DNA of 63,925 nt, filler included, from Aduncisulcus paluster (lineage: Eukaryota), in NCBI GenBank assembly GCA_024181965.1. It is 6 parts of 6 records of this genome, joined end to end, with 100 filler letters (N's around TTAATTAATTAA, not from the genome) between each part and the next. Parts side by side here need not be neighbours in the genome. Positions count along the whole stretch, not along the records: positions 51,464 to 58,777 come from BQXS01010870.1; positions 58,878 to 63,925 come from BQXS01010988.1; 4 more parts are not named here. One strand, 5' to 3'. The translations under genes and the position numbers were made by a program. The notes below the pieces were generated by a model. That model worked only from the letters and a program-made list of their open reading frames with translations, was not told the DNA's origin and searched no databases. Positions 56,486-63,925 of the stretch are shown one piece after another. The first letter of the stretch is position 1; the number at the start of each line of letters is the position of its first letter.

Positions 56486-58777
56486 TCATTTCTTTGAAAA
56501 TCCAGTGGAAGGTGGGAAAGGAGGAAGATCGAATGCAGGAGTACTGTGAGTTGAAGACATGGAAGCAGAGAAAGGCATAACCCCAAATGTTGAAGCATTA
56601 GAGCCATACATATCACCCCCGAGTCCTCCGAGTCCTCCGAATCCTCCAAGCCCAAGTGAAGCATCGGCACCTCGTGGTCCTCTTGATCCTGGCATACCCA
56701 TACCAATGGAATCCATGGATGTAGCTCCCATTGAATCGAATTCATTCTGGAATTGACCAGTTACCCGCTTGTGAAGAGAGTCGACCTCCTCTTTGAGCTT
56801 ACTCTTTTGCTCAGTCAGAGTGGTAATGAAAGTTTGACAATCCTTAAGACGATCCTGGAACTTAATAAGGGTTGCTTTCATCGTTGTGATCTGTTTGTTG
56901 TGCATATCGCTCATTTCAGCCTTCTTCTTCTTCATCTCAACAACTCTAGACTCAAGGTCTTTAACCTTATTCCTCATGAGACTCTCCTCCTCTTCCTTGG
57001 TCGTCATCTGGAGATACATCTTGTTCTTCTCGGCAGTCAATTCCTCGAGAGTCTGACGCAAGTGACTTTCCCTTTCCTGGCTCTGCTCAAGCTCAAGCTT
57101 CACCTTGCTCAATTGTTGTTGGGCTGAACTGATACGACCTGCGGCACTCTGGCTCAGTGTTGTCTGCTCCTTCAGAACCTTTTTCATGTCTTCCTTCGAC
57201 CTGGAGTGACTGATTTGGAGAGCTGCATGTTGCTTACTCACTTCCTTGAATTGTTTGGTCATTCTCTCCTTCTCTCTCTTCTCGACTTCGACCAATTCAC
57301 CCATCTCACGCTTTACACGGTCGAGTTGTTGGCTGTGCTCATACTCAGAGCGCTGTTTGGCAGCAGTCAGGGAGGATACATGCGCATTTAGCTGACCAAT
57401 AATCTCCTCTTTCTCCTCAACCTTACGTTGGAGGACCTGGATGGTGCCTCCAAGTTTGGTAAGGGTACGCTTGAGTTGCATGTTTTCTTCACACGTTGCA
57501 GAGATTACTCGTTTCATCCCTTCTTCTCTCTCTTTCTCTTCCCGACGAAGAGAGTCGAGCGCTTCCTGCATGTCAAAGACACCAGTTTGACAAGTTTGAA
57601 GAGACATCTCGAAGGTTTCCTGATCGCCATGCAGAGAATCACAATTGGCTTTCAGAGTATCGAAGGAAGAGATAATATGACGGAGAGAAGTGAAATGTAT
57701 TTGTTCACTGTCACGACGCATCCTCTCAAGCTTTGCTTTGACTGACCGATCCTCCTCTTCCTTCTCCTCTCCTTCTTTGCGGAGATGTCTCAGCTTCTCT
57801 TCAAGAACGTCAATAGTTCCACGCATCTCACGGGTTTCCTTCTCAGAAATCTCACGAGATGATTTGAGTTTCTTCTCATATTCCTCTTTTTGAGAAACAG
57901 CGGTTCTCTGGGCTGATGTGAGACGCTTGAGTTCGGTAGAAAGGGAGGAAATCTTGGATTCATACTCAGCCTTTGACTTGGAGAGTTCCTCTTCTTTCTT
58001 CTGGAATAAAAGATTGACTTCTCTTTCGGTGGTTCTATCTTTCTTCTCAACCTGATCACGGAATTCAGCCAATTCATGCTTGAGACGCTCATTCTCACCT
58101 TCAAGGTGGACAGAACGTTCCTCAAAACGTCTCTGCTCAGAGATCCTCTCAGTGCGATGACGATCAACGATGTGATGGAGTTTTCTAATGTGTTCTTGTT
58201 GCTCACGGAGAGTTGTTTCTAAATGAACTTGTTGTTTGCGTGTTTTGGACATTTCTTCAGTGTTTTTGGTCATATCAGTTGTTTTTTCTTCAAGAGTACT
58301 TCTGATACTCGTAATTTCTTTATGCAACCGATCAATTTCAGCAGTAGATTGAGATAATTCAAGTTCAAGGCGAGAAACAGTTTCTTCAGCATCTCTCCAT
58401 TTCTGTTTAACTGATGTATTTTCATGTTCAAGGCTGGATACCTTCCTATTTTGAGAAAGAAGCATCTTACGGGATTTCTCTCCTTCTTCTTTGGCAATTC
58501 TCAGACGTTGCCGGAAGTCCTCAACTTCATCACGATATTTGTTCATTAAAATGGTGTTTTCATGCGTTGATTCCTCAATGGTCCGCTTAAAAGCCTCATG
58601 TTCCTCGGTTAAAGCAGAATGGGACTCATCGATAGAGGAACACTTGTCTTTGCACTCTTCAAAGGCTGTTTTTGTATCGATTAGCTCCGTCTGTAATGCC
58701 TTGACCTGCTGTCTTAATTTTTCTTCGAGAGATTTCTTGGAATCAAGGCTTTGTTTAAGAGCAGCATTATCTGCATG
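56486..58777 (-). CDS. Long coiled-coil protein, 5'-partial, with a Gly/Met/Pro-rich tail
   Basis: Continuous E/K/R/L heptad-rich sequence; frame open from the spacer through ATG 58546. Confidence 0.8.
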   Translation of the reverse strand, partial: HADNAALKQSLDSKKSLEEKLRQQVKALQTELIDTKTAFEECKDKCSSIDESHSALTEEHEAFKRTIEESTHENTILMNKYRDEVEDFRQRLRIAKEEGEKSRKMLLSQNRKVSSLEHENTSVKQKWRDAEETVSRLELELSQSTAEIDRLHKEITSIRSTLEEKTTDMTKNTEEMSKTRKQQVHLETTLREQQEHIRKLHHIVDRHRTERISEQRRFEERSVHLEGENERLKHELAEFRDQVEKKDRTTEREVNLLFQKKEEELSKSKAEYESKISSLSTELKRLTSAQRTAVSQKEEYEKKLKSSREISEKETREMRGTIDVLEEKLRHLRKEGEEKEEEDRSVKAKLERMRRDSEQIHFTSLRHIISSFDTLKANCDSLHGDQETFEMSLQTCQTGVFDMQEALDSLRREEKEREEGMKRVISATCEENMQLKRTLTKLGGTIQVLQRKVEEKEEIIGQLNAHVSSLTAAKQRSEYEHSQQLDRVKREMGELVEVEKREKERMTKQFKEVSKQHAALQISHSRSKEDMKKVLKEQTTLSQSAAGRISSAQQQLSKVKLELEQSQERESHLRQTLEELTAEKNKMYLQMTTKEEEESLMRNKVKDLESRVVEMKKKKAEMSDMHNKQITTMKATLIKFQDRLKDCQTFITTLTEQKSKLKEEVDSLHKRVTGQFQNEFDSMGATSMDSIGMGMPGSRGPRGADASLGLGGFGGLGGLGGDMYGSNASTFGVMPFSASMSSTHSTPAFDLPPFPPSTGFSKK

Positions 58778-58877
58778 NNNNNNNNNNNNNNNNNNNNNNN
58801 NNNNNNNNNNNNNNNNNNNNNTTAATTAATTAANNNNNNNNNNNNNNNNNNNNNNNNNNNNNNNNNNNNNNNNNNNN
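58778..58877. other. Artificial contig spacer
   Basis: N block with TTAATTAATTAA. Confidence 0.97.
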
Positions 58878-59646
58878 GGATGAGGTTGTGTTTCAAAGTA
58901 TTCTTCAAGTATTTTATCGATTTCTTCTATATAAATGTCAGGAAAATCACAAAGATATTGTTCGTATACAATATAAAGATCTTGAAGCTGAGCAATCAAA
59001 ATACTTTCATCTTCACCTTTCAAACGATCACTTTTGAAATTATTAAGCATTAAAAATAACAACCCTTGAACGTATTCACATCGTTCTTTTCGATTAAATC
59101 CCATTTGTTCTTGCAAAAAACATATTTTTTGTTCCCTTTCTTCCTCTCCAGCTACTCCAGCGACTCCATCTCCAAGCAATCCAAATAGATTATTATCAGT
59201 CGTGATCAAAAGCGGAGAAAAGCAAGAAGAAGAAGAAGAGGAAGAAGAAGAAGGAGAGGAAGAGCAAGATTGAATTGTCTTGGCAGTATCTTCTTCATTT
59301 CCTTTATAAAGCTCTTGAAAAATATCATTATCCTCTTCTTGCTTTTCTTCTAGCTTTTCTTCTTGCTTTTCTTCTTGCTTTTCTTCTAGCTTTTCTTCTA
59401 GCTTTTCTTCTTCTTCTTTCCCTTCTTGAATAATGGCAATATCTTTGGTATCATCATGAAATATCGATCGAAGTGCTTGAGCTGTCTCGAAACCATGAGT
59501 AGTCTTGATCATGGCCCATGCAGCTGCTGTGTTAGCTTTAGTTGGCTCCAAGGGAATGCTTCTCTTCATATACTCATACTGTTGAGCTTGTGTCGATATA
59601 AAGGGATGTGTATGTGAATGTGATACTAATTGTTGGGTAGGTTGCT

Positions 59647-59681
<35 letters not shown>

Positions 59682-60437
59682 GTTGTTGTGAAGACGATGG
59701 AATTGGGGAATCCTGTCATATCCCATACTTTAAGGTTATTATTATTGTTATTGTTTTTTGGTCCATAAATAGAATCGTGAGAAGAAGAACTACCATAGCA
59801 TGAACGAACGCATTGAGAATAATGCCGGCTATCTTCATCAAGAAGCCCACTTTTAAAATCATCATGAAAATCATGTCTAATGGTTGGAATAAGCTTGTGA
59901 GTTCCGTGGACAGATGGACCACCAGGAGGGAACGAACATCCTCGTGGATAATAACTAGTACTCTCATCCTCATCTTCTTCTCTAATTTTATCTCCAACGT
60001 GAGTTTCGTGAACATGATCGTGGACATGATCGTGATCGTGGATGGAACGACCAGGGTCGTATTCTGAGCGGAAACAAGATTCCTCACCCGGCCCTAAAGA
60101 TTTGCCAAGGAGTTCAGTTTGAAGACAAGCTGCATGTTTCTCGAGATCTACGATTTTTTTCGAAAATAATATTCTTTGATGGTCCAATTGACGCCTTTGA
60201 TGGAATATTTTTTGCCAAGTTTCATCTGGAAGTGATACTAAAGAAAATTAATATTTAGTTTGGAGGAAATGATAAAAAAATATTATTAGAGAGATGATAT
60301 TTTCAATATTTGCACATGAAATACGGCTAAAATCTGGAATATTACGTACAATCCTTCGTAAGATCAATCAAAATAGATTCATATTCATATGTGTGTTCAG
60401 ATAACGCAATAAAATCGTTAAAAACATTAATGATCAT
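58878..60437 (-). CDS. Hypothetical protein, 3'-partial, two exons (60437-60350, 60237-58878)
   Basis: Exon 1 MIINVFNDFIALSEHTYEYESILIDLTKD joins in frame to LSLPDETWQKIFHQRRQLDH; internal (AT)n, EEKL/EEKQ and poly-Ser repeats. Confidence 0.72.
60238..60349 (-). other. Spliceosomal intron, 112 nt, phase 1
   Basis: Donor GTACGTAATATT, acceptor TTTTCTTTAG; T|TA junction keeps the frame. Confidence 0.8.
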
Positions 60438-60788
60438 TATTTTTGTTTACAAATTCAAATAATTTTTACCTCATCAAGTCGGATAGAATTTTTCTAATTT
60501 TTTGTCTTTGCTGAATTCTAAAATACAAAAAATTGTAATCGGAAATACGTCATATTTATCTTCTAAATAAGTTCAATTGTATATGTTGCAATGCAATAAT
60601 CAGCAAAAATTAGCTTTATCCATTTCTTGTGTTTTCCATTCTCACCACCATGAGAAAATGAAAAAATCAGACATCCAAAATCTGGAATTCCCGTTTTCGC
60701 CTTCAAAATACATGAAAAATTATTAATATTAATAAGAATAAATAATAAATATTAAATTAATAACCAAAAATTATCGATTCTATATATT

Positions 60789-61520
60789 TTATTTCTCATA
60801 ATCAGATTCTCTTTTAACTTTCTCTAACTTATTCAATTTCTTTTCTATTAAATTATCACGTCCGATAAATACGTCAGCAAGGTATCCTCTATCCGATCTT
60901 GCCCTTGTAACTGGAACTGATGGCCATTTCTTACTTTTAGCGACCATTTCATCAATTTCATCTGCGGTTAGAATAGGTTTGGCTTCAGATCCTTCTTTGC
61001 CTTCATATCCATCCATTTCAGATACATCAGGAAGTTTCTCAATCGAATGACCACTCATCGTCCTTACTCTATCTCCACAGAGTGTTCGAAGTTGTGGACA
61101 TGCTGAAATAAGGATATCACGATAGTTTGGGGTTTCTAGAAAATGAATAGAATCGGATATATCGAGAGAAACAAGTACTGGAAGCGACGAGATTACTGAA
61201 ACCAAGTCTTCAAAACTAATGGTTGAAGGACAGTTCGTTATGGATAATCTCATGAGCTTCGGAAGTTTTTCGAGGGCTGATATCGATTTTAATTCTTTGC
61301 AATTGTTAATGGTAAAGGTAGATAAACTTGAATGATGGGAGTGACTCAAAAAGGAGCAATCTGTGATTTTGTTGGAAGAAAGATCTAAAGAAACAATATT
61401 ATGGCATTCTTTGAGAATTGAACAATCTTTTAATCCTTTTCCTATTAGTTTGAGGTGTCTGACTCCAAGCAAATCATAACTACCAGCAATTCTTTTTGCA
61501 ACATCAGCTGTAAGTGACAT
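60789..61520 (-). CDS. SDS22-type leucine-rich-repeat protein with LRRcap, LRRC61-like
   Basis: LT.D..K...G.YDL..V..LKL.G.GL.D...L.EC.N...LDLSSN; cap PNYRDILISACPQLRTLCGDRV. Confidence 0.75.
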   Translation of the reverse strand: MSLTADVAKRIAGSYDLLGVRHLKLIGKGLKDCSILKECHNIVSLDLSSNKITDCSFLSHSHHSSLSTFTINNCKELKSISALEKLPKLMRLSITNCPSTISFEDLVSVISSLPVLVSLDISDSIHFLETPNYRDILISACPQLRTLCGDRVRTMSGHSIEKLPDVSEMDGYEGKEGSEAKPILTADEIDEMVAKSKKWPSVPVTRARSDRGYLADVFIGRDNLIEKKLNKLEKVKRESDYEK

Positions 61521-62077
61521 AACTATAATGTAATAATATTATGATCTAAAAGGTGTTTTTTAATAAAAATAATTTAAAATAATTGTTGGGAACTTGTGTT
61601 GTCAGGAGAAAAGCTAAAAAAGAATTTGTTTTCGAAATTAGGCGAATTAGAAAGTTTGTAATATTATAATTGCATCATTCTGATCAAAAATCAAGAGATT
61701 TCAAATATTTTTAACTTAATTAATAGGAATGGCTCCGCGAAAAAGACTGATAATCAACAGCTATTACCTCCTGGATATTTAGGTAATTCAGACCGCCCAT
61801 CAACAATATCATCATAGCCAACAATCAAAATAAATAAAATGGGATTCAGAAGTGAATCCTAAATCCCATGCAAAGAAAAATAAGGTGTTGAATGAAATCA
61901 AAACGTGAGCTGTTTTTGGATCTTGAGAAAACAATATTAATAATCATCAATAACACGGTTTTAATGGAAATAAATTGTTGTAAAATATGCGATTAAAATA
62001 CCATTTATTTGTTAATATTCCTTTTTTAGAGCCCTATGATTGATGCAGGAAATTGATTGATGCCACTTTTGCTCAAA

Positions 62078-63925
62078 ATGGAAAAGGTAACATCGCCACT
62101 ATCAATATTTTATTTTTTTAATTTTTTAAATGGGAATATTTTTGATATTGACCTCCCTTCAGATTCATTCGCTATTTCTGAAATTGAAAACGATGTTTCA
62201 CGTTCATTCACAGAAAAAAAGCTACCTGTTCCAGGACATGCGGTAAAAGGGGTGCATTATTTGCATTCAGCAGCCCATTTATTACAAGATCTTGACGATT
62301 TTGTCCCCGAAGTTGAAAAGGCTATCATAACAAGCAAAATTACAAGACTCGCGTGTTATTGTGCTTTTGAACGTGAAAATTCTTCTGATTATGCTCTTCC
62401 TCAAATGAATATTCTCGAAACTCTGCTTAGTGATAATGAAAGTAATCTTGATCTTATTACTGAGCTTATTTCCCTTTCTCAACTATTAAAGGATAAAACT
62501 AGAAGTAAGAAATACTCTGATATGCTTATGCATGCGAATGGCATTGATATTAAAGAAATTGGAGTTGCCGATGATCTTGGTAAAGCTCATTTAGTTTCAA
62601 GCATTTCATCCTTCGAATCAACTGAATCTACAGCATCCGTGAAGAATCCAATGGTTCCAACACCAGATGCTCTCTATTCTCTGATGGAATCTCACATCAG
62701 ATCCTTAGGACTCCGTGTTGAGGAAGTTTCTAGCAAAGATTCTTCTGATATCTTTGGTATGAACTTGTTGAGAAACATTAAAATGTCATGTAAAGGAGTC
62801 TGTGAGGCCGTTTCTACTCTTCCTTCCTTTAGTACCCCCCAATCATGTTATCATTCAATAGTTTCATTATTCATGAGTGCTATAGTCTCCATTTCTTCAG
62901 GATCTTCTTCCTTATCTCTTGAACAATCACTTTCCACTTGTTCTTGTGTCTATGCCACTATTATGTGTTGTTTAACTATGCTCAAGGGCCATGAAGCTGA
63001 TTGTGGTATTGGAGCTGGAGCTGATTCTGGTGCTGGAGCTGATTGTGGTGAATCACATGACATTATAGATGCTCTAACAATCTTATCATGCTCCATTCTT
63101 TTCTACTATATTAATGCGAACATATCGATGATTACAGGGACATCTCAAACTCCCATCTCACAGGTTGCAATGGCCACTCGAATCAGTGAACGTATCTGTG
63201 GAATGGCCAAAGGAGGAATCAGAGAAATATTACAAGCGAGGAAAAGAGGAAGGAAGAGAAGAGAGCAGCAACTTGCTTTAGAAAAGCAAGAGAAGCAAGA
63301 GAAGAAGAAGGAGGAAGAAGGAAAGGAAGAAGATGTTTCAGATGTAGAGAAATGTTCTTCAACTCCCTTGACCATTTCCTCCATCCCTTCTCGTCTCTTC
63401 TCTCTCTTCTCTCTCCTCTCTCCTTTACCTTTACCTTCCTTTACACATGTTATGTTCAGGCTTGCTGATATGCACACTGCTCTATCAGAGACTGAGACTG
63501 CCTGTGTGTGTTTTTACTCTTGTGGAGATGTTGTCCGTTGCTCTGAAATGCTTATATTGATGAATAGAAGAGAAGATGCGATGGTTCTTATGTGTGATGA
63601 ATTGGAAGAGTTGTCTGAGATTGTACGTAAAGAGAGAGAAAGATTAAAGGTGCTGCAAATCGAACATGAACTATCTGTATCTTCATCGTCTATTGTTATA
63701 ACTGATGATTCTACTGATGACGTTGCCAAACGTTCTTCTATTTTTAGAGACATTGAGAAGAAAGAGAAGATTGAGCAGAAGCGTGTGAATACTTTATTGA
63801 AGAAGATCACGAAAGAGTGGGAAGAGTGGAGAGAAAGGATGCATGGAATGATATCTGTCGTTGTAAAGAAAGAAAAGAGAGATGGGAAACATCCATTGAT
63901 AAAGACTGACGAACAGTTGGCATCC
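62078..63925 (+). CDS. Hypothetical protein, 3'-partial (absent from the ORF track because it runs off the window); 5' end uncertain
   Basis: Frame from ATG 62078 reads ...DSFAISEIENDVSRSFTEKKLPVPGHAVKGVHYLHSAAHLLQDLDDF... with no stop noticed; the antisense ORFs here are its shadows. Confidence 0.7.
   Translation, partial: MEKVTSPLSIFYFFNFLNGNIFDIDLPSDSFAISEIENDVSRSFTEKKLPVPGHAVKGVHYLHSAAHLLQDLDDFVPEVEKAIITSKITRLACYCAFERENSSDYALPQMNILETLLSDNESNLDLITELISLSQLLKDKTRSKKYSDMLMHANGIDIKEIGVADDLGKAHLVSSISSFESTESTASVKNPMVPTPDALYSLMESHIRSLGLRVEEVSSKDSSDIFGMNLLRNIKMSCKGVCEAVSTLPSFSTPQSCYHSIVSLFMSAIVSISSGSSSLSLEQSLSTCSCVYATIMCCLTMLKGHEADCGIGAGADSGAGADCGESHDIIDALTILSCSILFYYINANISMITGTSQTPISQVAMATRISERICGMAKGGIREILQARKRGRKRREQQLALEKQEKQEKKKEEEGKEEDVSDVEKCSSTPLTISSIPSRLFSLFSLLSPLPLPSFTHVMFRLADMHTALSETETACVCFYSCGDVVRCSEMLILMNRREDAMVLMCDELEELSEIVRKERERLKVLQIEHELSVSSSSIVITDDSTDDVAKRSSIFRDIEKKEKIEQKRVNTLLKKITKEWEEWRERMHGMISVVVKKEKRDGKHPLIKTDEQLAS

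Noticed and set aside
24974-58877. Recurrent TTAATTAATTAA palindrome within N runs
   Set aside because: Identical 100-nt artificial spacer with stops in six frames; not biological. ORFs containing X are artefacts of it.
61729-62162. Extra 5' exons with an in-frame TGA (possible selenocysteine) for the last gene
   Set aside because: It needs non-consensus donors (GTAATT, GTAACA), a frameshift and a stop together, and no SECIS can be assessed within the window.

Overview
Gene-dense, intron-poor eukaryotic (flagellated protist) DNA, not prokaryotic. The gene set (SF-assemblin/beta-giardin, axonemal dynein, alpha-tubulin), GTAYGT intron donors and expanded kinases point to a fornicate metamonad such as a Carpediemonas/Aduncisulcus-like organism (inference). 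The window is six contigs joined by artificial 100-nt N-TTAATTAATTAA-N spacers, so linkage across spacers is meaningless. It holds about 23 protein genes. These include an inner-arm dynein heavy chain split by an exact 503-bp tandem duplication, an A20/AN1 zinc finger, derlin, a SNF2 ATPase fragment, a GNAT, an Arf-like GTPase and an LRRC61-like protein. Three spliceosomal introns missed by the ORF track were reconstructed by hand. Most interesting: (1) a free-standing His-Cys-box (I-PpoI-type) endonuclease between a palindrome chain and a 98-nt poly(A); (2) a shared ~150-aa DOC/APC10-like module on three kinases of different architecture; (3) an extended 12-nt intron donor consensus; (4) a structured GC-rich intergenic island readable as a minimal U1 snRNA or a Pol III/SINE-like element.
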